Source: Caldilineales bacterium (lineage in GTDB: Bacteria; Chloroflexota; Anaerolineae; JAAEKA01). Taken from it: a DNA stretch of 64,000 nt. Position 1 is the stretch's first letter. Every line of letters begins with the position of its first letter. The stretch lies in contig JANWYQ010000007.1 in the NCBI GenBank assembly GCA_025055015.1, forward strand, positions 1,440 through 65,439, in the 5' to 3' direction. A program made the position numbers and the translations under genes. Below are positions 12,923 through 27,051 of the stretch, in pieces. The notes below the pieces were generated by a model, which made no database searches, was not told the origin of the DNA, and worked only from the letters and a program-made list of their open reading frames with translations.

Positions 12923-13013
12923 CATCGAAGATCGAGTTCCTCCGAGTTCCTCTGAGCTCCTCCAAGCCTGAGCTCCTCCGAGTTTCTCCAAGCTCGAGCT
13001 CCTCCAAGCTCCT
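12923..13013. repeat. degenerate tandem decamers GAGYTCCTCC (GGAGGARCTC on the minus strand)
   Basis: About 8 units in the adoK-ahcY spacer. Confidence 0.8.
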
Positions 13014-13994
13014 CTACTTTCCCTCACCTCCCCGCCGCAGCAGATCCTCCAGCTCCGGCGCGTCGCCGAAGTTCTCGCGATAGCGCTGGACGAACTCAGG
13101 CAGGGTGTAGTGGTGGCTCATGGTGCCGGGGTGCTCGATCACGTAGACCGCAGCGAGGTTGGCCAGGCGACAGGTGACCTCCCAGGGATAGCCGCGCGTC
13201 AGGCCGGTGAGCAAGCCCGCGCGGAAGGCGTCGCCCACGCCGGTGGGCTCGACCACGCGGCGGGCCGCAGCAGCCGGCGCCTCTACCACCCGGCCGTCGC
13301 GGTTTAGGACGCGTGAGCCGCGCGGGCCCAGAGTGACCACGATAGACTCCACCAGCTCCAACATGCCCGCTTCGTTCAGCCCGCTCTTGGCCTTGGCCAT
13401 TTCCAGCTCGTACTCGTTGACCGTGAGCACCCGCGCGCCGCGCATGGACTCCACCAGCTCCTCGCCGGTCATGCGGGCCAGCTGCTGGCTGGGGTCGTAG
13501 ACGAAGGGGATGCCCATCTGGCGACACTCCTCGGCCAGCTGGCGCATGGCCACCGGGTCGTTGGGGGAGATGATCACCACGTCAATGGGCGTGTCGTTCA
13601 GCCGGGCCAGGGAGAGCTCGCGGGCGCGGGCCATGGCGCCTGTGTGGAAGCCGGCGATCTGGTTGTGGTCCAGGTCGGTGATGACGGTGAAGGTGGCGGT
13701 GAACTCGTCCTCGAAGATGCCCATGGGCGACGTGTCCACGCCGTGGGCCTCCAGCCATTGGCGGAACTCGCCGAAGTCGCGGCCGGCCGCGGCCAGCAGC
13801 TTGGGCCGGTTGCCCAGCAGCGCCAAGCTGTAGGCGATGTTGGGACCGCATCCCCCGCGGAAGGTCTGCTTGCTGTCCACCAAGAAGCTCACGCTGAGCT
13901 TGTCCAGGTGCTCGGGCAGGATGTGCTCGCGAAAGCGTCCGGGAAAGCTCAGCAGATAGTCGTAGGCAACGGAACCGGTGACGACGATGGACAT
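13014..13994 (-). CDS. PfkB-family carbohydrate kinase, adenosine-kinase-like
   Basis: 'VVTGSVAYDYLLSFPG...GGCGPNIAYSLALLG' and 'VVEPTGVGDAFRAGLL' are PfkB motifs. Methyl-cycle gene context. Confidence 0.7.
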   Translation of the reverse strand: MSIVVTGSVAYDYLLSFPGRFREHILPEHLDKLSVSFLVDSKQTFRGGCGPNIAYSLALLGNRPKLLAAAGRDFGEFRQWLEAHGVDTSPMGIFEDEFTATFTVITDLDHNQIAGFHTGAMARARELSLARLNDTPIDVVIISPNDPVAMRQLAEECRQMGIPFVYDPSQQLARMTGEELVESMRGARVLTVNEYELEMAKAKSGLNEAGMLELVESIVVTLGPRGSRVLNRDGRVVEAPAAAARRVVEPTGVGDAFRAGLLTGLTRGYPWEVTCRLANLAAVYVIEHPGTMSHHYTLPEFVQRYRENFGDAPELEDLLRRGGEGK

Positions 13995-14076
13995 GGGGTG
14001 TGGAATGCGCAACGAGCCGTGCGTAGGCCTTAGCCGAGACAGTGCAACTCCTCAGCTACGGGCTACGACCTGCGTG

Positions 14077-15135
<1,059 letters not shown>

Positions 15136-15181
15136 AGTTCTCCTGCTCCTGCTTCGGGTCGCTGCGGTCGGCGCCGGTAGC

Positions 15182-15207
15182 AAAAAAAACACGCTCCGAG
15201 GAGCGCG
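15182..15207 (-). terminator. short hairpin plus U8, terminator-like
   Basis: Minus strand CGCTC-CTCG-GAGCG TG TTTTTTTT, located 46 nt upstream of the mtnA ATG and downstream of the promoter-like element. Confidence 0.5.
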
Positions 15208-15219
15208 CTCGCGGCGCTG

Positions 15220-15248
15220 ACTGTAACACAAAGCAGGGGATTTGTCAA
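15220..15248 (-). promoter_or_regulatory. sigma70-type promoter-like element between ruvA and mtnA
   Basis: On the minus strand: TTGACA-17 nt-TACAGT. Confidence 0.45.
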
Positions 15249-15256
15249 AAGGACGG

Positions 15257-15835
15257 CTACTTGCCGAAGCTGGCCAGGGCCAGGCGCAGCCGTTCCTCAA
15301 CCGCGGTGACGTCGCGGGGCAGGGCCTGGACCGCGCGCTGCGCCTCGACGATGCTGTAGCCCAGGGCAGTCAGGGCGTCAATCACCTCGGCGTCGGCCTC
15401 GGTGAGCGCAACCAGCTCCGCCGGGATGCCCTCGACCACAGCCACCTTGTCCTTCAGCTCCAGCACGATCTTCTCTGCCGTCTTGCGGCCGATGCCGGGC
15501 ACGCGCGCCAGCACCCCCGGCTGCTCCTGGCTGATGGCCAGCCGCAGCGCGTCCACCGCCATGGCCGACAGCAGCGCCATGGCCGACCGCGGGCCCACCC
15601 CCGGCACGCCTAGCAGCGCCTCGAACAGCGCCAGCTCCTGTGCCTCGCCGAAGCCGAAGAGAGCCAGCTCCTGTTCTCTCACGTGCAGGTAGGTGTGGAG
15701 GAAAATGGGTTCGCCGGGCTGCGCCTGGGCCAGCAGGGGCGTCGGCGCAAACACCTTGACGCCCAGGCCGCCGAGACCGACGATCAGATGGTCCTTGCCG
15801 CGGGCGAGCACCCGACCCTCAACGCTGGCGATCAT
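15257..15835 (-). CDS. ruvA: Holliday junction DNA helicase RuvA
   Basis: 'MIASVEGRV...[17 protein letters not shown]...[17 protein letters not shown]...[17 protein letters not shown]'. Only the last 192 codons of the 465-aa ORF are RuvA. Confidence 0.9.
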   Translation of the reverse strand: MIASVEGRVLARGKDHLIVGLGGLGVKVFAPTPLLAQAQPGEPIFLHTYLHVREQELALFGFGEAQELALFEALLGVPGVGPRSAMALLSAMAVDALRLAISQEQPGVLARVPGIGRKTAEKIVLELKDKVAVVEGIPAELVALTEADAEVIDALTALGYSIVEAQRAVQALPRDVTAVEERLRLALASFGK

Positions 15836-16590
15836 GCTGACGTTGCCGGCGGCTGAAACTTGTAGCCCACACCCCGCACGGTGACGATGTGCTCCGGCCG
15901 CGAGGGATTGCGCTCGATCTTCTCGCGCAGGCGGTGCACCGTGACCTCCACCAGGTTGGTGCCGCCCACGAAGTCGTAGCCCCACACCTCCCGCATGAGC
16001 TGTTCGCGCGAGAAGGCCTTCCCCGGCTGCGCCATCAACGTGTAGAGCAGCCGAAACTCGATGGGCGTGAGGGGGATGACGTGGCCGTTGGTGGCCGCCG
16101 TGTGGGCATCCAGGTCCACCGTGAGCCGTCCCACCCGCACCACCGACGGAGTCCACTTGGTCTGCAGCCAGCGGAGGCGGCGCAGGATGGCGGCAATGCG
16201 CGCCTGCACCTCCCGAAACTGGAACGGCTTGGTGATGTAGTCGTCCGCGCCCAAGTTGAAGCCCTGCACCACCGCGTCGGGGTCGCTCAGTGCGGTGAGC
16301 ATGATGATAGGCACATCGGAGCGACGGCGGATCTCCGCGCAGACCTCGAAGCCGTCCATATCGGGCATCATCACGTCCAGGATCACCAGGTCGAAGTTGC
16401 CCTGCTCGAACAAGCGCAACGCCTGCCGGCCGTCGTGGGCTAACGTCACCTGATGGCCGGCCGCCTCCAGCGACAAGCGCAGCAGGTCGGCCAGGGGCGC
16501 CTCGTCCTCGGCCACCAAGATGTGCGCAGAGAAGGCCGGCTGGTCGCCGGTGGCGGGAGAATGGATCGCGTCGGAAGGTGGTGGGTTCAT
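15832..16590 (-). CDS. OmpR-family response regulator (receiver + winged-helix)
   Basis: 'ILVAEDEAPL...DLVILDVMMPDMDGFEVC...LTALSD' receiver domain. 'LTPIEFRLLYTLM...VWGYDF...NLVEVTVHRLREKIE' winged helix. ATGA overlaps at both ends. Confidence 0.85.
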   Translation of the reverse strand: MNPPPSDAIHSPATGDQPAFSAHILVAEDEAPLADLLRLSLEAAGHQVTLAHDGRQALRLFEQGNFDLVILDVMMPDMDGFEVCAEIRRRSDVPIIMLTALSDPDAVVQGFNLGADDYITKPFQFREVQARIAAILRRLRWLQTKWTPSVVRVGRLTVDLDAHTAATNGHVIPLTPIEFRLLYTLMAQPGKAFSREQLMREVWGYDFVGGTNLVEVTVHRLREKIERNPSRPEHIVTVRGVGYKFQPPATSA

Positions 16591-17078
16591 AGCTCAGCCG
16601 TGAGGCGTCGCCAGGCAGCTTGCTGCAGGTGACACAGGGCGATGGCCAAGGCATCGGCTGCGTCGTCGGGCTGGGGGACTGCGTCCAGGCCCAACAGCAG
16701 GCGCACCATCTCCTGCATCTGACTCTTGTCTGCGCCGCCGTAGCCGGTGACAGCCTGTTTTACCTCGCCTGGCTTGTACTCCACAATCGGGATGCCGGCC
16801 TGGGCCACGGTCAACAGCACCACCCCGCGGGCCTGGCTGACGCTGATGGCGGTGCGCACGTTCTTGCTGAAGAACAGCTCCTCCACCGCCACCGCTTGGG
16901 GCCGATGTTGGGCCAGCAGCGCCGCCAACCGCCCATGGATCGCCAGCAGCCGCTCCGGCAGGGGCATGCCCGCCGGAGTCGAGATGACGCCGCAGTCCAC
17001 CAGGCGCAGCCCGTCGGCCTGGGCCACCACGCCGTAGCCGGTGGTGGCGGTGCCGGGGTCAATCCCCATCACCACCAC
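16587..17078 (-). CDS. ruvC: crossover junction endodeoxyribonuclease RuvC
   Basis: 'VVMGIDPGTATTGYGVV ... AVEELFFSKNVRTA ... DAADALAIALCH'. Confidence 0.9.
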   Translation of the reverse strand: MVVMGIDPGTATTGYGVVAQADGLRLVDCGVISTPAGMPLPERLLAIHGRLAALLAQHRPQAVAVEELFFSKNVRTAISVSQARGVVLLTVAQAGIPIVEYKPGEVKQAVTGYGGADKSQMQEMVRLLLGLDAVPQPDDAADALAIALCHLQQAAWRRLTAEL

Positions 17079-17081
17079 CGG

Positions 17082-17828
17082 TCACGCCTCCATGCCTGCC
17101 AGCATGGCCTCGGGGATCTCCAGGTTGTAGTACACGTTGGTGACGTCGTCCAGCTCCTCCAGGTTCTCGATGAGCTGCATGGCGGCTTCGGTGGTCTTCT
17201 CGTCCAGGGTGATCAGGGTCTTGGGCTTCATGGTGAGCTCGGCGGTCTCGATGGTTAGCCCGCGCAGGCGGAAGGCCTCCCGCACCGTCTTGAGGTCGCT
17301 GGGGTCGGTGTAGACCTCGGCCTGGCCGTCGCCGAACTGGATGTCCTCGGCGCCGGCGTCAATGGCGGCCTCGAAGATCTCGTCCTGGGTGTGGCCGTCC
17401 ATGTCCACCACGATGTAGCCCTTGGGCTCGAACTGCCAGGCCACCGCGCCGCTCTCGGCCAGGGTGCCGTTGCCGCGGGTGAAGGCGCGACGGATCTCCG
17501 ACACGGTGCGGTTGCGGTTGTCGGTGAGCACCTCCACCAGCACCGCCACGCCGCCCGGCGCGTAGCCCTCGTACATGGCCTCCTCCAGGGCCTCGCCCTG
17601 CTCCAGGCCGGCCCCACGGCGGATGGCGCGCTCGATGTTCTCCTTGGGCATGCTGTTGGCCTTGGCCTTCTCTACGGCCAACCGCAGGCGAAAGTTGTAC
17701 TCCGGGTCGGCGCCCTCGCGCGCAGCGATCTGGATCTCCCGCGCCAGCTTGGTGAACAGCGCCCCGCGCTTGGCGTCCGCCGCCCCCTTCTTGCGCTTGA
17801 TGGTTGACCACTTTGAGTGACCCGACAT
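17082..17828 (-). CDS. yebC: YebC/PmpR family transcriptional regulator
   Basis: 'MSGHSKWSTIKRKKGAADAKRG' is the canonical N-terminus. Good SD (AAGGAGA) upstream of the ATG at 17828. Confidence 0.9.
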   Translation of the reverse strand: MSGHSKWSTIKRKKGAADAKRGALFTKLAREIQIAAREGADPEYNFRLRLAVEKAKANSMPKENIERAIRRGAGLEQGEALEEAMYEGYAPGGVAVLVEVLTDNRNRTVSEIRRAFTRGNGTLAESGAVAWQFEPKGYIVVDMDGHTQDEIFEAAIDAGAEDIQFGDGQAEVYTDPSDLKTVREAFRLRGLTIETAELTMKPKTLITLDEKTTEAAMQLIENLEELDDVTNVYYNLEIPEAMLAGMEA

Positions 17829-17851
17829 CGCTCGATCTCCTTCGGGCACAA

Positions 17852-17882
17852 GAGACCGGGTTTTGCCTCAAAACCCGGTCTC
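17852..17882 (-). terminator. 14-bp perfect hairpin between pyrG and yebC
   Basis: GAGACCGGGTTTTG-CCT-CAAAACCCGGTCTC. Weak T-tract (TTGTG) on the minus strand. Confidence 0.35.
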
Positions 17883-17984
17883 AGGACCACTGTTGTCAGA
17901 GTGTGTTTTGTTTTGGGTGGACCGGCGCCCGGATGTGGCCCGTTGCCGCTGCGTCACCGGATCGCCAGTACGCAGATTATACAC

Positions 17985-18008
17985 CACAAAGGCACAAAGG
18001 CACAAAGG
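17985..18008. repeat. 3 x 8-nt tandem CACAAAGG
   Basis: Perfect triple repeat just downstream of the pyrG stop. Confidence 0.8.
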
Positions 18009-18027
18009 GGACAGAGGGCGGCTGGCC

Positions 18028-19833
<1,806 letters not shown>

Positions 19834-19893
19834 CTACATGGTAGCACAGGTGGAGCCGTTTGCGCAAGAAATCGCCCTGAAAATCACCGCAGG

Positions 19894-19920
19894 TAGCGCA
19901 ACTCCGCAGGAGTTGCGCTA
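19894..19920 (-). terminator. 12-bp perfect hairpin downstream of the DUF4129 gene
   Basis: TAGCGCAACTCC-GCA-GGAGTTGCGCTA. No adjacent U-tract. Confidence 0.35.
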
Positions 19921-19942
19921 GAGCGCAGCCGGTCAACGCCGC

Positions 19943-21400
19943 TCACCGGCTCTCGGCCAGCCGCTCGAAGGCAGCCCGCAGCGCAGCCACCTCCTGGCGC
20001 GTGGCCGGCCGCTCGCCGTAGTGCACCGCCACGTAGGCGTCGGTGATCAAGCGCACCTCCGCCTCGCGGCCGGGAAAGGCCGCCAGCAGGGCAGGCAGGT
20101 GTTCGTAGGGGGTGCGGGCGGGCGGCCGCGGGTAGCCCCGCGCGGCGGCCAGGCGAACGGTGTTGGCATAGATGGCGCGCACCGAGACGGCCGCCAGCAG
20201 GTCCGGCCCAGAGCGTAGGCTGCGCAGCGCGGCCAGGGCCGAGCGCAGCCGGTCCTGCCCGGCGGCCAGCAGGTCCTGCAGCGTGTCGGCCGGGCCGCGC
20301 TCGACCGCCTCGTAGTCGGCCATTGGTTGCGCCCGCTGCTCCTGGCGCTGCCGGAGGAGCCACGCGCCGGCCAGCGCCAGCGCCAGCAGTAGGCTCGCGC
20401 CGCACAGCAGCCGAAGCGCCACGCCAGCGGCCGCCAGGTAGACCGCTAAGGGGGATGTCGTCTGGTCGGGGGGTTCCTGCGCCAGGCCGGCCAGGGCCTG
20501 GGCCAGCTCCGGGCTGAGCAGGGCACGCCAGAGGCCGCTGAGGGCGGCGGCCAGCCGCTCCAGCAGCGGCTCGAAGGGGGCCAGCAGCAGGGTGACGAGG
20601 GCCAGGACCGCCACCAGCAGCGCGTTGCCGATGGGCGCCCACAGCCGACCGACCAGCTCTCGCCCGGCGGGGCTGGCCAGCGCCGCCCACAGGCTGCCCA
20701 GCGCTACCAGCGCTGCCGCGCCCACCGCCACCAGCGCAGTCCAAAAGGCCTCGAAGGAACGGCCGTGCGGCCCGCCTCCCACGCCCACCTCCTCCATGCG
20801 GGCCAGGGCCACTGCCGCCAGGCCGCAGAGGAAGAACAGGTAGATAAGGAAGTGCACCTGCCGACCCACCAGCAGCTCCAGCACCGCTGCGCCCACGGCC
20901 AGCGCCAGCACACCACCCCGAAACGCCAGAGCCACCGGCTGAAATCCCAGGCTGCGCCGGCTCAGGCTGATCCCGCGCCACCACAGCACCAGCACGCTGA
21001 GCGCCGCCATCCAGTGGCCGCCGCCCCCGCCCAGCAGTAGGCCGGCCAGCGCCTCCCGCAGCCAGGCCGGGTTCCCCAGGCCATGCGCCGACGGCAGGAA
21101 GGCCCGCCAGGCGGCTAGGATCGCGGCCAACAAGGCAGCGCCCAGGACCAGCCGCACGCGCCACGGATGCTCCTCCCACCGGTCGGCCAGCCGCGCCAGG
21201 TAGAAGAAAAGCAGCAACAGCCCGGCCAGCACCAGGGCCGTGCGCAGCAGCGGCATCGCCCGCGCCGGCCCCACCGCCAGCAGGAACAGCGGTGTCAGCC
21301 AGCACACCTCCATCACGCCGCAGGCCAGGTACAGCGCCTCGCGGCGCCACCCCACCGCAGCAGCCGGAGGGCCGGCCCACGGCCAGGCGGCGTTGGTCAT
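19943..21400 (-). CDS. polytopic membrane protein with C-terminal DUF4129-like domain
   Basis: About 10 hydrophobic segments, then 'ARTPYEHLPALLAAFPG...DAYVAVHYGERPATRQEV', typical of DUF4129 tails found in MoxR/DUF58 operons. Confidence 0.6.
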   Translation of the reverse strand: MTNAAWPWAGPPAAAVGWRREALYLACGVMEVCWLTPLFLLAVGPARAMPLLRTALVLAGLLLLFFYLARLADRWEEHPWRVRLVLGAALLAAILAAWRAFLPSAHGLGNPAWLREALAGLLLGGGGGHWMAALSVLVLWWRGISLSRRSLGFQPVALAFRGGVLALAVGAAVLELLVGRQVHFLIYLFFLCGLAAVALARMEEVGVGGGPHGRSFEAFWTALVAVGAAALVALGSLWAALASPAGRELVGRLWAPIGNALLVAVLALVTLLLAPFEPLLERLAAALSGLWRALLSPELAQALAGLAQEPPDQTTSPLAVYLAAAGVALRLLCGASLLLALALAGAWLLRQRQEQRAQPMADYEAVERGPADTLQDLLAAGQDRLRSALAALRSLRSGPDLLAAVSVRAIYANTVRLAAARGYPRPPARTPYEHLPALLAAFPGREAEVRLITDAYVAVHYGERPATRQEVAALRAAFERLAESR

Positions 21401-22665
21401 GGCCTACCCTCCTGCCCATCGGCCGGCCAGGCCACCGCCTCGCCCTCCGGCAGCTCCCCATGCACGGTGCGCACGACCACCTGGCGCAGCAGGGGATCGT
21501 CGCCGTCCACCGGCTCCAGGCTGACCAGCACCACCCGCCGCCCCGCCGCCGCCAGGTCGGCCAGGGTTGCGCGCAGGGCCAGGGGCACGGTGGCGCTCAC
21601 CACCACCAGCGTGCAGCCCCACGGCAGCTTCGGGCTTTCGATCTGCAGCAGCTCCTCTACGTCGCGGGTGGCCACGGGCGACACGGCCGCCAGCGCCTCC
21701 AGGATGTGCATGAGCTGGCCAGGGCTGCGGCCGGGCAGCACCTTCAGCGCCTGGTCCGACTCCGGCAGCGCGCCGTTGACGATCAACCCCACGGGCCAGC
21801 GCTGCTCTGCGGCGTAGGCGGCGATGGACGCGGCCACGCTCACCACCCGCTCTAGCCGCTCCGGGATGTAGCCCTGCCAGTGCCGGGCCAGGGTGGCGAC
21901 GTTGAGCACGACGGCCAAGCTGTGGCCGGTGGAGGGCTCGTAGACGCGGCTCTGCAGCTGCTGGCGACGGGCGGTGGCCTTCCAGTGGACCCGGCGCGTG
22001 CCGTCCTCCGGCCGATGGTCGCGCACGCCCACGGTGCGGATGGGGTCCTCCCACACCGGCTGCAGCGCCTTGGCCAGACCCAGGGGGTCCTTGGGGGGCA
22101 GACCCAGGTCGGCCAGCGGCTCCACGCGCGGGTAGACGATGAGCCACCGGCGCTGAGGGAGGCGGCGCTTGCGGCTGAACAGCCCGAAGGGGTCCCCCGC
22201 CTCCAGCTCCGTGGGGCCGAAGGGGTAGAAGCCGCGCTGCACGCACTGCACCCGATACCGCCGCACAGCGCGCTCGTACCAGCGCAGGGCTACCACCAGC
22301 CGCACCTCGCCCACCGTCGGGATGCTGGTGGGCGTCACTTCGATCCCTTCGATCGGCAGGGCCATCGAGACCCGATCGGCCACCCGCAGCCAGCTCACCG
22401 GCAGCGGCTTGGGGTTTACCACGGTGAGGGCGACCTCCACCGTCTCGCCCACGAAGGCGCGGCGCTCGCTGAAGGTGCGCTCGAAGGTCACGCCGTGCAG
22501 CGCCCAGCGGTCCCACAGCCAGCCTGCGCCGGCCGCGAACAGCAGCAAGCCGCCCACCAGGGTCAGGCTGCTCACGCCCGTGATCAGCCCCAGGACGATC
22601 AGCAGCAGGCTGAGGGTGCCCCAGGCCTCGCTGAACTGCGTCTCCTTCTCGGCGTCCACGGTCAT
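21397..22665 (-). CDS. DUF58 domain protein (vWA-like partner of MoxR)
   Basis: 'VGVRDHRPEDGTRRVHWKATARRQQLQSRVYE' is the DUF58 signature. N-terminal TM pair. Start uncertain: ATG at 22665 was chosen, and the ORF extends to 22812. Confidence 0.7.
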   Translation of the reverse strand: MTVDAEKETQFSEAWGTLSLLLIVLGLITGVSSLTLVGGLLLFAAGAGWLWDRWALHGVTFERTFSERRAFVGETVEVALTVVNPKPLPVSWLRVADRVSMALPIEGIEVTPTSIPTVGEVRLVVALRWYERAVRRYRVQCVQRGFYPFGPTELEAGDPFGLFSRKRRLPQRRWLIVYPRVEPLADLGLPPKDPLGLAKALQPVWEDPIRTVGVRDHRPEDGTRRVHWKATARRQQLQSRVYEPSTGHSLAVVLNVATLARHWQGYIPERLERVVSVAASIAAYAAEQRWPVGLIVNGALPESDQALKVLPGRSPGQLMHILEALAAVSPVATRDVEELLQIESPKLPWGCTLVVVSATVPLALRATLADLAAAGRRVVLVSLEPVDGDDPLLRQVVVRTVHGELPEGEAVAWPADGQEGRP

Positions 22666-22777
22666 CCCGCGGCGCCGGGCCCCGGCCGCGGGCAACGGCG
22701 CTACGGCGTCGCCGCCAGGAGCGGCCTCAGGCCAGGGGCCGACCGAGGGAGCGTCGCGCGGGACCACGCCGACCTCC

Positions 22778-23745
22778 TTAGGCCGCCACCGGCGCCGGCA
22801 CCTCGGCCGCAATCTGGGCCACCACCTCCTGAGGCGTGCGGCCGCGCAGCCGGACCTGCGGGCTGATGTGAATGCGGTGGGTGAGCACGTAGGGCGCCAG
22901 GGCCTTCACGTCGTCGGGGATGACGAAGGCGCGGCCCCGCACCGCAGCCAGGGCCTGACACGCCCGGAAGAGGGCCAGGGTGCCGCGCGGGCTGACCCCC
23001 AGCTCCACCGATGGCCGCTCGCGCGTGGCCCGCACCACCCGTACCAGGTAGCCCCGCACCGACTCCTCCACGTGGACGCCGCGCACTGCGGCCTGCATGG
23101 CCAGCAGCTCCTCGGCCGAGAGCACCGGCTGCAGGGTCGGCAAGGGGTCCGCCTGCTGGTAGCGCAGCAGCAGGTCGTTCTCCTGGGCCTCGCTGGGATA
23201 GCCCAGGCTCACCTGCATCAGGAAGCGGTCCAGCTGCGCCTCGGGCAAGGGGAAGGTGCCCTCCAGCTCGATGGGGTTCTGGGTGGCCAGCACCAGGAAA
23301 GGCCGCGGCAGGGGATAGGTGTCGCGGTCCACCGTCACCTGGCGCTCCTGCATGGCCTCCAGCAGGGCCGACTGGGTGCGCGGGGTGGCCCGGTTGATCT
23401 CGTCCGCCAGCACGATCTGGCTCATCACCGGCCCCGGCCGAAACTCGAAGGCCTGGGTGCGCTGGTTGAAGAAGTTGATGCCGGTCACGTCGGAGGGCAG
23501 CAGGTCGGGGGTGAACTGGATGCGGCTGAAGGAGAGGCCCAGGGACCGCGCCAGAGCCTTGGCCAGGGTGGTCTTGCCGATGCCGGGCACGTCCTCGATC
23601 AGCACGTGGCCATCGCTGAGCAGCGCCACCAGCAACAGCTCGGTGACCTGCTCCTTGCCCACCACGGCGCGGGCCACGTTGGCGACCACGGCCGCAGCCT
23701 TGTCCGCCACCCAGCGGGCGTCGGCGTCGGAGAAGGGAGGAGGGT

Positions 23746-23749
<4 letters not shown>
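22778..23749 (-). CDS. MoxR-family AAA+ ATPase
   Basis: 'HVLIEDVPGIGKTTLAKALA', 'VLADEINRATPRTQSALLEAMQERQVTV', 'VLATQNPIELEGTFPLPEAQLDRF'. Confidence 0.9.
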
Positions 23750-25947
<2,198 letters not shown>

Positions 25948-25983
25948 GGCGGCCGGGGCCTGACCGAGGCCCCGAGGAAAGGG

Positions 25984-26910
25984 CTACTGTTTGCGCCAGC
26001 GGGGGAAGAACTCCCGCACCTCGCCCTGGACGTTGAAGGTGTAGGCCTCGCCCACCTGGTTGCCGCCCATGTCCACGGGGTAGACGCGGTAGGAGCCCGT
26101 GGGCGCGCCGGGCACCTCGGTCTTGCAGTTGAAGATAAACTTGCTGGACTCGTCGGGCCCGCCGCCGAAGAGCACGGCCGGCTCGCAGCGTCCCTCGAAG
26201 ACGCCGGCCGGGGACTCGACGCGCAGCTTGTGGTCGCCCACCGCGCCCTTCAGGTCCGGGGTGTAGAGCAGGCCGAAGAAGGTGACCCACGGGTTAGTGC
26301 TGGTGCGGGGGGGCGGGCCATCGGCCTTGGCAAAGGCGTAGGCAGGCGCGGGCGGCGGGGCCGGGGGCGGCGGCGTAGGCGTGGGCCGCGGGGCCACCGG
26401 CCGCCGGGTGGGGGGCGGCGGGACGTTGGCGGCCTCCGGCACGCCCTCGGCGTTGCGCGCAGTCACCAGGCGCGCCACGATCCACACGGTCTGGCCGTTG
26501 ACGCAGCACACCTGCCACCAATCGCCGGCCCGGTTGCGCGCCACGATCTCCAGCTCAGCGCCGCGCGGCACGCTGCCCACCTGGGGATAGGCGGTGCCGG
26601 GCCCGCTGCGCACGTTGACGGCAGCCGAGCCGGTGACCACGACCACGGGCTTGGCCGGCGGGGTGGGGGTGGGCGGCTCCGGCGTCGGCGTGGGCGGCTC
26701 GGTGGGCGTGTCGGTGGGGACGGGGGTGGGGGTGGGCGGCTCCGGCGTGGGCGTGTCGGTCGGCCGGGGTGTGGGGGTGAAGGTGGGACGCAGGGGCCGG
26801 GTCGGCGTGGGCACAGGCGTCGGCTCGGCCGCGGGACCGCAGGCTGCCGCGACCAACGCCGCCAGCAGCAGGGCGCCCAGAAGCCGGTGGTGCGTTCGAC
26901 GAGAGGTCAT
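25984..26910 (-). CDS. secreted lipoprotein: Pro/Thr linker - SH3b domain - Pro linker - unknown C-terminal domain
   Basis: Lipobox-like 'LLLAALVAAACG'. 'VNVRSGPGTAYPQVGSVPRGAELEIV...GDWWQV' is the bacterial SH3 signature. Only the last 308 codons of the 672-aa ORF are credible. Confidence 0.7.
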   Translation of the reverse strand: MTSRRTHHRLLGALLLAALVAAACGPAAEPTPVPTPTRPLRPTFTPTPRPTDTPTPEPPTPTPVPTDTPTEPPTPTPEPPTPTPPAKPVVVVTGSAAVNVRSGPGTAYPQVGSVPRGAELEIVARNRAGDWWQVCCVNGQTVWIVARLVTARNAEGVPEAANVPPPPTRRPVAPRPTPTPPPPAPPPAPAYAFAKADGPPPRTSTNPWVTFFGLLYTPDLKGAVGDHKLRVESPAGVFEGRCEPAVLFGGGPDESSKFIFNCKTEVPGAPTGSYRVYPVDMGGNQVGEAYTFNVQGEVREFFPRWRKQ

Positions 26911-26931
26911 AGCATCTCCTGAGCACAACTT

Positions 26932-26960
26932 GTAGGACAACTCGTGCGGAGTTGTCCTAC
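26932..26960. promoter_or_regulatory. perfect 12-bp palindrome GTAGGACAACTC-N5-GAGTTGTCCTAC
   Basis: Lies 22 nt upstream of the SH3b lipoprotein start, in the divergent promoter region. Confidence 0.4.
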
Positions 26961-27051
26961 CTTCACCGTGAACAAGCACAAGCGGTCCGTATTGTAACAC
27001 ATGGACGGCGGAAGAGCCACTTCGGTTCGACGATGCTGGCGTTTTCAGGGA

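Noticed and set aside
15836-16654. N-terminal part of the 465-aa ORF ending as RuvA
   Set aside because: It overlaps the response regulator in another frame. RuvA homology begins at MIASVEG (15835).
19884-21461. 525-aa ORF in an alternative frame of the DUF4129 membrane protein gene
   Set aside because: The product is Arg/Gly/Ala-rich with no TM or domain signal. The 485-aa frame gives coherent TM helices and the DUF4129 tail.
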